A stretch of 35,719 nucleotides of DNA, taken from positions 1 to 35,719 of the forward strand of contig JAYUKQ010000099.1 in assembly GCA_043764315.1 (NCBI GenBank). Direction: 5' to 3'. The position numbers and the translations under genes were made by a program. Positions 18,450 to 27,729 of this stretch are shown here, one piece after another. Position 1 is the first letter of the stretch, and each line of letters opens with the position of its first letter. This DNA comes from a bacterium. Its GTDB lineage: Bacteria; Patescibacteriota; JACMRA01. The notes under the pieces are model-generated. The model was given only the letters and a program-made list of their open reading frames with translations. It was not told the origin of the DNA and ran no database searches.

Positions 18450-19235
18450 TTAAATTCCAACAAATTCTAAGCAGTAAGCTAGCCACACGAGGCTAAACCA
18501 CGCCACAGCCACGCCAGTTGCCGATTGAGTCAAAAACTTCTGTGGACAATTATGAAATTCCGAACAATCTTTTTGAGTTGATTGAAGCCAAGATTCTAAT
18601 TTGTCTAATTTGCTTTTTGGTAGTGAAATTTGTAACTTATGCATTATATCACTTCTAAAAACTTGCCTATTCGTTTCAAAAACTTTTTTTAATTCATTAT
18701 TATCGGCATAAACTTGAGCCAAACGACAGTTAACCACACTTATACAATCAGGAACACTACCGTGAAGATGGTGATGATCAGTAATAATTAGGTCACAGTT
18801 GGTTTTTTTGATAATATCAGCTTCTTGAGTTGAATTAATTCCACAATCAACAGACACTATGAGGTCAAATTTTTGAGATAACATGTAAGCCGCATCGGTA
18901 TTCATACCATAACCTTCAGTGAATCTATCAGGAGCATAAAATTCAATATTCTTAGGTTCGAAGCCAAGATCCAACAATCCATGATACATTGTAGCAGTTG
19001 CTGTTACAGCATCAGTGTCATAATCAGAATAAATACAAATTTTTTCTTTGAGTAAATAAGCTTGAATGAATCGCAGACAACAATTCTCAATCCCAGCCAA
19101 ATAAGGCAAATCCTCAAAATGAGTTTGAACATCCAGATTGGTAAAAAAAGTTTCAAATTTTGGCTTAATAAGATTAGTTGGTTGGAACCTCTTACAGTAC
19201 TCAACTAACACTGGATTCAAAGTTGTGTTCGACAT
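18450..19235 (-). CDS. recJ: RecJ exonuclease N-terminal (DHH domain) half
   Basis: IYSDYDTDAVTA, PDRFTEGYGMN, VSVDCGI, IITDHH, SATGVAVAW, then TAA; no GTIAD or DHHA1 region. Start at ATG 19235. Confidence 0.85.
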   Translation of the reverse strand: MSNTTLNPVLVEYCKRFQPTNLIKPKFETFFTNLDVQTHFEDLPYLAGIENCCLRFIQAYLLKEKICIYSDYDTDAVTATATMYHGLLDLGFEPKNIEFYAPDRFTEGYGMNTDAAYMLSQKFDLIVSVDCGINSTQEADIIKKTNCDLIITDHHHLHGSVPDCISVVNCRLAQVYADNNELKKVFETNRQVFRSDIMHKLQISLPKSKLDKLESWLQSTQKDCSEFHNCPQKFLTQSATGVAVAWFSLVWLAYCLEFVGI

Positions 19236-19403
19236 GAACCAAATGTGATTATTAGAAAGGTTATTGTCAAAGGTTATTGATCTTAACAAAACTTGAACGA
19301 TTTGCAAACTATTTGCCCAAATTTTTTTTATGGTTTAAAATTACTTCAATTGTGTTTTTCACAAAAAATAAAGATCACTTTTTTTAATATAACTATATAA
19401 TAT

Positions 19404-19778
19404 ATGTCCGACATTCAAAACTCCAATAATCAAAACCTAAACGTTGTAGATCCAAATTCTCAATATGATGAATTCACTCAAAACTTAGTAACGGCAATGT
19501 TAGGTGTACAGATCACTATGATCAAAATGGAAAAGCAAGACGAAATGGTTGACAAGTGCAAACAAATTTTCAAAGATTTTATCTATGGATACTTTTCAGA
19601 AAACTTTACTCAAATTGATTTGATTAGATTAAAAGCAGCTCAAGCTCAAGAAGGAATGTTCGACAAATTCCCAGATTTGGTACCAAAATTCGAGACAGCT
19701 TACACAGAGTTTCTCAAACAATTAGAAATTTCTTGGTTAGATGAACCAGCAAAAGACGAAACCAAAGTTGAAGCTTAG
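19404..19778 (+). CDS. Hypothetical helical protein
   Basis: 124 aa ORF with host-like codon usage, followed by the hairpin tcccataaaggga and a T tract. Confidence 0.75.
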   Translation: MSDIQNSNNQNLNVVDPNSQYDEFTQNLVTAMLGVQITMIKMEKQDEMVDKCKQIFKDFIYGYFSENFTQIDLIRLKAAQAQEGMFDKFPDLVPKFETAYTEFLKQLEISWLDEPAKDETKVEA

Positions 19779-19932
19779 TTTTGGTTTTACAAACACTTAT
19801 CAATAAAATATATCCCATAAAGGGAATTTTTTTTGGACTCAAATTTGGTGTTGGTTTTGAATTTGGTTTTAAAATCACTTAGCTTGACACAAATTCCAAA
19901 ACTGGTGTATTTTTGGTTAAGTGTAACTGATT

Positions 19933-21297
19933 ATGACAAAACAACAAATATACTTCGTGTTTGTAGCTACAATCCTGTCAGTGAATTTTCTCTTATTTAC
20001 TCCATTAACCTTAATTACCCAAGCTCAATCAAGTAGTACATCGCAATCCAAATCTCAACTTCCACCCCAAAATATTAATTTAGCAATTAGTAAAGTGGTA
20101 AAAGACGGCAAAGATATAGCAACTACTCAATTAGGTAAAAAAGATTGGAGTTTTAAAGAAGTTCTAAACAGTGGAGATAGCATCAAATATCAATGGGATA
20201 ATACCAAAATCGGTGTATATTTTGAACGAAATCCAGCTTTATGTTGCGGTTTCCTAAGGGTATACAAGGAAGACGAAAGCAAGGAAGAAAACTACTTAAC
20301 CACAACAGGTTCAGATGATTACCCACTCAAACTTTCCAAATTTGCTGACAAGCTCAAACCTGGCAAAAACACATTAATTTTCGTATTTTTTGATCATACT
20401 AACAAGCCAACAGCCAATAAGTCAACACTAACAATAGACTTTGCCAGCCAAGCTCCAAAATCAAAAATAAACGTAATCAAACCAGCTTCAGCAACAGTGT
20501 TTGCCAAAGATATTTCATCCAATATTGTCTTAGAACTAGAGAACTTTAAGTTAACAACTCTTAGTGATTCCAAAGAATCTAACACTGGTAAGCTCAATAT
20601 TTACGGTAATACCACCGAAAATCTACTTGGAAGTGTCACTAGCGGCACCGAAGTAGCAGAAGGCAAAATTAGAGTTGATATTAAGCCAGAAGCGTGGCAG
20701 AATTTTGAAAAACTACCAGACAACAAAAGCACCAAATTAATCTTTCAACTTGTCTCTCCAACTGAAAAACAACCCTTAGCTGAAGAAAAATTTGAAATTA
20801 TAACTAATTTTGGTGGATCAATAGATGTTGGTTTGGCTAAAGTTTCAATTCTAGACCCAGTCAAAACTTCCAACAATTTGCAAGTCAATCCCGATACAAT
20901 TTTCAAATTAAAAGTAGAAAACTTTGAGATTTTAACCAAAGCTCCTCTTAATAATTCAGTTGCTCCCGACAATAAAAAAGGATTCTTGCAGATATTCGTA
21001 GATAACAAGCCTTTACAAACTACTTGGGGTAAAACAGAATTTACTCTCAAAGAAATAGGTTTTTTGAGCACTGAATCAGGTGAAAAAGAAGTCAAAATTC
21101 AATTAGTTAACCAAAATTACGAAAAACTCTCACCAGAAGCAATAGACAAAATCAAGATTCAATACATAGCCCCTACACTAACCAATTTGCAAACTACAAC
21201 GCAAAATCCACAAACGAGCAATTGGAAAATTATCATCATAGCCTTAACTGTAATACTAATTGTCGGTGGTATATTAATCTCAATAACCAAAAGCTAA
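19933..21297 (+). CDS. Surface protein with signal peptide, repeated beta-sandwich-like domains and C-terminal TM anchor
   Basis: N-terminal hydrophobic helix ending TQAQ; repeated xENFxx...GxLxI/V motifs; C-terminal WKIIIIALTVILIVGGILISI. Confidence 0.75.
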   Translation: MTKQQIYFVFVATILSVNFLLFTPLTLITQAQSSSTSQSKSQLPPQNINLAISKVVKDGKDIATTQLGKKDWSFKEVLNSGDSIKYQWDNTKIGVYFERNPALCCGFLRVYKEDESKEENYLTTTGSDDYPLKLSKFADKLKPGKNTLIFVFFDHTNKPTANKSTLTIDFASQAPKSKINVIKPASATVFAKDISSNIVLELENFKLTTLSDSKESNTGKLNIYGNTTENLLGSVTSGTEVAEGKIRVDIKPEAWQNFEKLPDNKSTKLIFQLVSPTEKQPLAEEKFEIITNFGGSIDVGLAKVSILDPVKTSNNLQVNPDTIFKLKVENFEILTKAPLNNSVAPDNKKGFLQIFVDNKPLQTTWGKTEFTLKEIGFLSTESGEKEVKIQLVNQNYEKLSPEAIDKIKIQYIAPTLTNLQTTTQNPQTSNWKIIIIALTVILIVGGILISITKS

Positions 21298-21334
21298 ACT
21301 TCACATATTACAAACATTACATTAACTTCACATT

Positions 21335-21733
21335 ATGCCTCAAGTATCAATGGATCAAAACTCCACTCAGCCAATTAACAACATTAGTTGGAAACCAGAA
21401 GAAGTACCTCAATTAACAGTTGACGTATATCGCAAAGGCGAATCAATCTATGTAACTTCTACAGTAAGCGGTATTAGCCACACTGATCTAGATATCACAA
21501 TCGAAAACAATACTTTATCAATTAAAGGTTTCCGTAAAAAGCCTTATAAGAGTGAAGAAGTTGAAGTTCTACTCGAAGAATGTGTCTGGGGAGAATTCTA
21601 CAGAGAACTCACAATTAATGAGAACTTGGATGTAGACAAAATCAAAGCTACAATCAATCAAGGAATTCTAACAATTGAAATTCCAATTCTAAAGATAGTT
21701 GCTCACCGAAGAATCTCAGTTGAATTAGTCTAA
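21335..21733 (+). CDS. Hsp20/alpha-crystallin family small heat shock protein
   Basis: LTVDVY, LDITIENNTLSIKGFR, ECVWGEFYREL, IKATINQGILTIEIP. Confidence 0.92.
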   Translation: MPQVSMDQNSTQPINNISWKPEEVPQLTVDVYRKGESIYVTSTVSGISHTDLDITIENNTLSIKGFRKKPYKSEEVEVLLEECVWGEFYRELTINENLDVDKIKATINQGILTIEIPILKIVAHRRISVELV

Positions 21734-21794
21734 GTTTAACTTCAATCTAGGAATTAATTAAAACTATACATTGTCAACCGTAACTCCAACCCAC

Positions 21795-21818
21795 CATCCT
21801 GAACTCGATTCAGGATCT
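21795..21818 (+). repeat. REP-like palindrome CATCCTGAACTCGATTCAGGATCT
   Basis: Hairpin atcctgaa-ctcga-ttcaggat; near-identical copy at 24314-24340. Confidence 0.8.
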
Positions 21819-21867
21819 AAAAAGTAAGTAAAACCCAAAAGGGTTATTTTTTATGTCTAAAAAAGCG

Positions 21868-21897
21868 TTGACATTTGTGTGGGTGTGTGTTATTAAT
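21868..21897 (+). promoter_or_regulatory. TTGACA-TTT(GT)n promoter, copy 1
   Basis: ttgacatttgtgtgggtgtgtgttattaat, preceded by the terminator-like aacccaaaagggttatttttt. Confidence 0.75.
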
Positions 21898-21928
21898 AAG
21901 TAAGTTATTTTACTTTTAACGACTATAT

Positions 21929-22324
21929 ATAAAACTATTTAATCCAAATTTACTTCCAGTTTTAGGTCTAGCAACAGTGTTAGGTTTAACCGCACCAGGT
22001 TGTAGTAGTACACCAACAGCAGAAAATCTTAGTAAGATAAGATACCAAATAATTGATGATTGCAAAGACAAACCTCTAGCAGTTTCATACGAATCACCTT
22101 CAGTAGATTTACAAGCTAGCAACATTGTATTCCCACTAGGTAATAATACATCAACAAACTTTTCCAACTTATATCCAGAAGTTGATGGTATAAATTTTTG
22201 TTTAACAAAAGGTGAATTAACACCTGATCCAGATAATCAAAAAAGGCATAACGTAATTGGTGAACTATATAATCCACTCTTTGACCTTCGCGATCAAATG
22301 GAAACTAAACCAACTCAATTATAA
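21929..22324 (+). CDS. Putative lipoprotein (orphan); full signal peptide begins at an ATA codon
   Basis: The frame upstream of GTG 21977 reads (I)KLFNPNLLPVLGLATVLGLTAPG-C, a lipoprotein-like signal; terminator at 22329-22350. Confidence 0.6.
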   Translation: MKLFNPNLLPVLGLATVLGLTAPGCSSTPTAENLSKIRYQIIDDCKDKPLAVSYESPSVDLQASNIVFPLGNNTSTNFSNLYPEVDGINFCLTKGELTPDPDNQKRHNVIGELYNPLFDLRDQMETKPTQL

Positions 22325-22399
22325 TCTCAACCCATAAAGGGTATTTTTTTGTGCCAATAACTAGACAACAAATTCAAAAGCTTCTTAAATGTTAGGACT

Positions 22400-22645
22400 A
22401 TGAAAACTACCTTTAAACCCAACTGGCTATTCTTAATTGATCTTTTTAGGAATCCCAAAACTCGCTGGCTAGCATTAGCTGCAACTGCTTTTTATATAAT
22501 TTCACCTATTGATATTGTTCCAGATTTTATACCAATTCTTGGTTGGTTAGACGATGCAACCCTTATATCAGCTGTAATAGTTATCTTTAACAAGATCTCA
22601 GAAATCAAAAACATGAGGAATCTCAAAAACCCAAACAAACAGTAA
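22400..22645 (+). CDS. YkvA/DUF1232 family membrane protein
   Basis: YIISPIDIVPDFIPILGWLDD. Confidence 0.92.
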   Translation: MKTTFKPNWLFLIDLFRNPKTRWLALAATAFYIISPIDIVPDFIPILGWLDDATLISAVIVIFNKISEIKNMRNLKNPNKQ

Positions 22646-22783
22646 ACAGATAATCGGACTTTTCAAAAGCCTGTATATCTTACAATTATTTTGTACTTCT
22701 GGGTTGATGTTAACTTCAATTGACAGTACAATTTAATTATGCTAAGCTTCCGATAATTTGAACACAATTAATTAATATTTATT

Positions 22784-23053
22784 ATGGAATGCGAAGCGTT
22801 AGCAATTGAAACAAACTTACAAGATAGATTTGATCTAGTAGAAAAAAGATTACAAGGACTTTTAGACCTCATTAGAACTACACCATTATTTACACATTTT
22901 TTTGAATCAAAAAATACACAACCTGGTAGAGGTGGTGGAAATCAAAAACCTAGAGATGAATCCTACGGCAATGGTGAGCCTGGTGAGCCTTACGATAGAA
23001 GAGGTACTGACGCTCCAGGACATACTCAAACTCCAAAATCAAAGCCAAAATAG
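22784..23053 (+). CDS. Hypothetical protein with low-complexity G/P-rich tail
   Basis: Preceded by TTGACA-17-TAAGCT (22720-22748) and followed by the terminator aacctc-aactta-gaggtt plus T tract (23067-23089). Confidence 0.6.
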   Translation: MECEALAIETNLQDRFDLVEKRLQGLLDLIRTTPLFTHFFESKNTQPGRGGGNQKPRDESYGNGEPGEPYDRRGTDAPGHTQTPKSKPK

Positions 23054-23147
23054 TAGATCGTATACCAACCTCAACTTAGAGGTTTTTTTGTTGGAATAAA
23101 AATTCACTACTTGACTTAAATTGGATACAAAAGCAAATTAAATAGGT

Positions 23148-24281
23148 ATGAATATTCACCTTTCCCAAATCAAAAACTCTATAGTTCTAGTAAGAACCAA
23201 CTACGATTTGCCAGATTTGAACCATTTGGTTCGCATTGATGACAGCCTTCCAACCATTAGACAACTCTTAGACCAAAATAACAAAGTGGTTATCTGCACT
23301 CACTGGGGACGACCAGTTGATAACGATCCAACCAAATCCACCAATCAATTAGACGAAATACTTGAATCCAAGTTGCGAGAAAATGTCTTAGCAATCAATC
23401 AATACGATTCATTCTCGAACGCTCAAGGTGAAATCAAGGACACTAATGCCAAAGTGATACTACTTGAAAATACTCGCTACAACAAAGGTGAAAAATCCAA
23501 AGATGAAAGTGTAAGAAAAGAATTAGCTGCTCAATATGCAAGTTTGGCAAGTTATTTTGTAGATGAAGCATTTGCTGTTAGTCACCGCCAAGAAGCAACC
23601 AATTACGATATCAAGAATCTGCTACCTTGGACTTTTGGATTATCACATCAAGCTGAATTAAACAACTTAAACCAACTCAAAGACAATCCCAAAAAGCCAT
23701 TTATAGCCATTATGGGCGGAGCCAAACTCGAAACCAAATTAGCTTTGATTAAGAACTTATTACCCAAAGTTGATCAGATTATATTAGGTGGAATGTTGAG
23801 TTATACTTTTTTGGCAGCAATTGAAGAGTTACAAAAAGAATCTAATTGTCCAAAAGAAATTCAAGAATTCCAAGTTGCACCTTATTATTTTTCACTTGTA
23901 GAAAAAAGTTTTGTACCTGTTGCCAAAGACCTTTTGCTCAAGAATTGGAATAAAATTGTCTTACCTGTAGACTTCGTATATGGAGAATTGGAAGCTGGCA
24001 AAACTGTAGCTCTCGACATAGGATTGGAATCGGTGCTTAAATTCCAACAAATCACCAATAACGCTCGAACTATCTTTTGGAATGGACCAATGGGATTCTA
24101 CGAAAAACAGCCTTATCATATGGGAACTCTCAAACTCGGTGAACACCTTGCAAGCCTCCACAACTGTCACATTGTCATCGGTGGTGGCGACGTAGGTTCA
24201 GCATTACCAGAACAAGTATTGAGCCAATTCTCGTGGGTCTCGATGGGTGGAGGTGCGACATTAGAATACTTGAGTAAATAA
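23148..24281 (+). CDS. pgk: Phosphoglycerate kinase
   Basis: THWGRP, LLENTRY, EAFAVSHR, MGGAKLETK, FWNGPMGFYE, GGGDVGSA, VSMGGGATLEYL. Confidence 0.93.
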   Translation: MNIHLSQIKNSIVLVRTNYDLPDLNHLVRIDDSLPTIRQLLDQNNKVVICTHWGRPVDNDPTKSTNQLDEILESKLRENVLAINQYDSFSNAQGEIKDTNAKVILLENTRYNKGEKSKDESVRKELAAQYASLASYFVDEAFAVSHRQEATNYDIKNLLPWTFGLSHQAELNNLNQLKDNPKKPFIAIMGGAKLETKLALIKNLLPKVDQIILGGMLSYTFLAAIEELQKESNCPKEIQEFQVAPYYFSLVEKSFVPVAKDLLLKNWNKIVLPVDFVYGELEAGKTVALDIGLESVLKFQQITNNARTIFWNGPMGFYEKQPYHMGTLKLGEHLASLHNCHIVIGGGDVGSALPEQVLSQFSWVSMGGGATLEYLSK

Positions 24282-24313
24282 TACAGTTAAAAAAACCTTA
24301 AAAATTCTACACC

Positions 24314-24340
24314 TGTCATCCTGGACTCGATTCAGGATCT
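24314..24340 (+). repeat. REP-like palindrome TGTCATCCTGGACTCGATTCAGGATCT
   Basis: One mismatch to 21795-21818 over the shared span. Confidence 0.8.
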
Positions 24341-24447
24341 AAAAACTTTCCACAACTTGTCATCTTGATTGAAAAGAAACATTCCCTGCGGAATAATTAG
24401 AAATTAATCAAACCTGAAAGGGTTATCTTTTGGTGTATTTTTTGGTT

Positions 24448-24474
24448 TTGACATTTGTGTGTGTAGGCTAAAAT
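24448..24474 (+). promoter_or_regulatory. TTGACA-TTT(GT)n promoter, copy 2
   Basis: ttgacatttgtgtgtgtaggctaaaat. Confidence 0.75.
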
Positions 24475-24511
24475 TTGGTCACGCAGCGATTTTAAAAAAT
24501 AAAAGTAAAAA

Positions 24512-24985
24512 ATGAGTACAGAACAACTAAATAAAAATAAAAATTATTACGAAACATTAGGAGTTAACTCAAATGCCACGACAGAAGAAATAAAAGTAGC
24601 ATACAGAAATCTTGCTAAGCAATGGCACCCTGACATAAACAAAAATCAAGAAGCTGAAGAAATGTTTAAAAGCATAGCTGCGGCATACGAAATTTTGTCA
24701 AATGAAAACTTAAAGCAACAATACGATAATAGAAGTGAAGAATATCCAAATAACTATAATTCAGTTGAGGTAAGATATAGTAAAAATACTTATGAAGATG
24801 ATGAAGATAAAGCCGATGAAATTATTTGCAAATTACTAACCATTGGAACTGTCTCTACAATAAGCGTAATACCAACAATATATTCACCTTTTAGTAGAGA
24901 TTTAAAAATGAGCGCTGCAGGAATAGAAATGTTAGTGGCTGTAAGTGCAATAGTAGCCGCACGGTGGATGAATTCCAAAAGATAA
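24512..24985 (+). CDS. J-domain protein with C-terminal hydrophobic segments
   Basis: NYYETLGV...EIKVAYRNLAKQWHPDINK...AEEMFKSIAAAYEILS with HPD motif; lacks the DnaJ zinc finger and C-terminal domains. Confidence 0.88.
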   Translation: MSTEQLNKNKNYYETLGVNSNATTEEIKVAYRNLAKQWHPDINKNQEAEEMFKSIAAAYEILSNENLKQQYDNRSEEYPNNYNSVEVRYSKNTYEDDEDKADEIICKLLTIGTVSTISVIPTIYSPFSRDLKMSAAGIEMLVAVSAIVAARWMNSKR

Positions 24986-25054
24986 ACTCGTAGATAATGA
25001 AACTTGCATTCTTATCACTTTACATTATTTGATTCGTGGTGTTAGATTATTATC

Positions 25055-25594
25055 ATGTTCTTAGCCGATAACGAAATTCTACAAGCTGTTAATAATAACA
25101 CAGTTCACATTAGAGATTTTGACCCAAGTCGATTGCAAGTTGCAAGTTACGACGTATTGCTAGGTAACAAATTCATCATTACCGAAAAACATTCAACCAA
25201 GATTGTAGATCCAGTCAACAAAATCTTTGCAACCACGAGAGAAATTACAGTTCCAAACGGTGAAGAATTCGTACTTCATCCTAACGAAACTGTCCTTGGT
25301 GAAATATATGATTTTGTTGGTTCCGACGATTATCTCATTCAGATCGGTGGCAAATCCTCCCTAGCTAGAATTGGCTTGATAGTTCACAATACAGCAGGAG
25401 TAGTCAATCCCGGACACTACCTTAATATCGTTCTAGAGCTTGCTAACTTGTCACCAATTCCGATTATCCTAAGACCACGAATGGAGATTGCCCAACTATT
25501 GTTCTCACAATTAACCTCCAAACCATCAAAGTCTTACAGCCAAATCGGTCGTTACGCTAATCACAATTGGGACAACTTCCAAGCTAAAAAATAG
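25055..25594 (+). CDS. dcd: dCTP deaminase
   Basis: LQVASYDVLLG, GKSSLARIGLIVHNTAGVVNPG, LELANL, EIAQLLF. Confidence 0.92.
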   Translation: MFLADNEILQAVNNNTVHIRDFDPSRLQVASYDVLLGNKFIITEKHSTKIVDPVNKIFATTREITVPNGEEFVLHPNETVLGEIYDFVGSDDYLIQIGGKSSLARIGLIVHNTAGVVNPGHYLNIVLELANLSPIPIILRPRMEIAQLLFSQLTSKPSKSYSQIGRYANHNWDNFQAKK

Positions 25595-25721
25595 GTTTTG
25601 GACAAATCAAACATTATTACATTCTGTCAGGAGATTTTTCGCTTTGCTAAAGACGACAATTTTGGGGTTTTTAATCCAAATAAAGTAATCAAAAAATAAA
25701 TTAAATTAATTGTTTTAACTA

Positions 25722-26528
25722 ATGTTCACCAACTTACCACAACTTCTAGGTCGTCATTATAAATGGTTATATATCGTAGACTTTTATCGACGGCGAGAAT
25801 TGACCTACATTGCCAATAATATTCTTTGGTCAATAAGTTTAATGTGTCACCTGGGAAGTATAATATTTGTGTATTTTTTTGCTAATCCGAGTATTTTTGG
25901 CGAAGTAATCGAATACATGTTTTGGACTCATGTTATATTCCTAATAACCAATAGCTGGGTTACACTTGAACTATCCGCAAGAATCTTTGAAGGTAAAATT
26001 ACTTCCAACCTGATTGTACCAACCAATTTATATTGGAAAAACTTTTGGACTTTCGTTGGTAAGAGTTTGTGTGCATATGCCATTATATCATTACCAGCAT
26101 TATTTGTTTTTTGGTTGTTTGCCAAGTCATATTTGATTTCAACCATTACAATTCAGTCTATAATAATGTGTATTCCTTTGTTAATCCTAGGCTATTGGTT
26201 GTACTTTTCAATTGGTTATATCTCCGCCTCGGTTACTTTTTGGGTTCTTCGACCTGATGCTGTCAATGATTTTTTTTATGTTATTAGGAATTTGTTCAGA
26301 GGTGATTTGATTCAATTATCGAGATTGGCTAGTATTTACCCACTGGTAATCTGGCAACCTTTTGCTTTTGTGGGTTATCATACTTACAACACTTTATTAA
26401 ATAAATACTCAACGCAAGATTATCTGATCTTCTTATGCGGATCAATATTTTGGGCAATAATACTTTTTTTATTAGCCAGAATAATCTTCAAAATGGGACT
26501 CAAAAAAAATGAAGCTGTCGGACTTTAG
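25722..26528 (+). CDS. ABC-2 family transporter permease
   Basis: Six TM segments, RIFEGKITSNLIVP, C-terminal GLKKNEAVGL; no cognate ATPase adjacent. Confidence 0.75.
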   Translation: MFTNLPQLLGRHYKWLYIVDFYRRRELTYIANNILWSISLMCHLGSIIFVYFFANPSIFGEVIEYMFWTHVIFLITNSWVTLELSARIFEGKITSNLIVPTNLYWKNFWTFVGKSLCAYAIISLPALFVFWLFAKSYLISTITIQSIIMCIPLLILGYWLYFSIGYISASVTFWVLRPDAVNDFFYVIRNLFRGDLIQLSRLASIYPLVIWQPFAFVGYHTYNTLLNKYSTQDYLIFLCGSIFWAIILFLLARIIFKMGLKKNEAVGL

Positions 26529-26624
26529 ATTTACAAAAGGACAACTATCATGTGACTTGAAATAAACAAAGCGAAAGCGAGTCAAACTTATTTTTGGTTT
26601 ATTTTTTGGTTTTAATTGCCAGAA

Positions 26625-27353
26625 CTACAGAACTACTTCGGTGTTAACCGCTCCAAAATCTTCACTATTTTTTAACTTTTCTAGAGCTTGAATTGCACAT
26701 TCTGTTTCGGCTTCTTGCTTTGATTTGCCTGAACCTTCTCCATATTTGGTTTCGTCCAAAAAAACAGCTACAAAAAAAGTTTTGTTGTGATCCTTGCCTT
26801 CTGTAGCTAATATTTCGTATCTTGGAGCAAGCTTTAGTTGTTTTTGAGTTAACTCTTGCAGTTCAGTTTTGGCATCTATAAAAGATTGAGATTGAATAAT
26901 ATCTTCCAACTTACTTAATATAAAAACGTGAACAAAACTTTCAGCCTGTTGATAACCGCCATCAAGATATATTGCACCAATCACAGCTTCCATAGCATCA
27001 GCCACAATAGTCAAACGAGCTTTGCCGAGTTCTGCTTTTTCTCCTGGACTAAGAAGGATAATCTCATCCAAACCCAGATCAATACCAATTTGACCTATGA
27101 TTTTGTAATTCACGAGTGAAGATCGAAGTGCCGTCATAACACCTTCTGATAGTTCTTTGTGAGTATAAAGATAATCAGTGACAATTAGCTCAAGCACAGC
27201 ATCGCCAAGAAATTCTAGTCTTTCGTTGTGTTCTTTGGCAGTTTTTTCACGCTTTCTGAAGGTCAAATAAGACTTGTGGGTAAGAGCTACTTTGAGTAGT
27301 CTAATATCTGCAAAGGTGTAATTAATATTTTGTTGAACTAATTCTAATTCCAT
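26625..27353 (-). CDS. rnc: Ribonuclease III
   Basis: ALTHKSY, HNERLEFLGDAVLEL, ADAMEAVIGAIYLDGG, dsRBD DAKTELQE...GSGKSKQEAE. Start at ATG 27353. Confidence 0.96.
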   Translation of the reverse strand: MELELVQQNINYTFADIRLLKVALTHKSYLTFRKREKTAKEHNERLEFLGDAVLELIVTDYLYTHKELSEGVMTALRSSLVNYKIIGQIGIDLGLDEIILLSPGEKAELGKARLTIVADAMEAVIGAIYLDGGYQQAESFVHVFILSKLEDIIQSQSFIDAKTELQELTQKQLKLAPRYEILATEGKDHNKTFFVAVFLDETKYGEGSGKSKQEAETECAIQALEKLKNSEDFGAVNTEVVL

Positions 27354-27534
27354 ATATATGATTAAACAATAAAAAACATTTGAAGTAAAAATATAGTGTA
27401 TTTTGTTTGATTTGTTTGCCAAAAATATTGCGACTTAAGTAAATTTAAATTATTTTAAAAATAAAATTTAACGCTGAATTTATTTATACTTACTTAAATA
27501 GCAAATCTAATTATACACTGTAATAAACTAATTT

Positions 27535-27611
27535 TGGTGGTCTCCGCGAGAGTCGAACTCACAACCTTTTCCTTAGGACGGAACTGCTCTATCCAATTGA
27601 GCTAGGAAACC
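27535..27611 (-). tRNA. tRNA-Arg (anticodon CCT)
   Basis: Reverse complement GGTTTCCTAGCTCAATTGGATAGAGCAGTTCCGTCCTAAGGAAAAGGTTGTGAGTTCGACTCTCGCGGAGACCACCA folds as a cloverleaf with encoded CCA. Confidence 0.93.
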
Positions 27612-27729
27612 AAAATATCTAAACGACACTTTCATTAGTGTTCAAAAACTAACTTCTTTTGTCAAATTATAAACAAAGAAAAAACCCATTAATATTTGGG
27701 TTGTCGAGTGTATTATCGAATAATGATTA

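Noticed and set aside
21795-24340. Integron attC sites around the orphan genes
   Set aside because: The palindromes lack RYYYAAC/GTTRRRY core sites, the genes have their own promoters, and there is no integrase.
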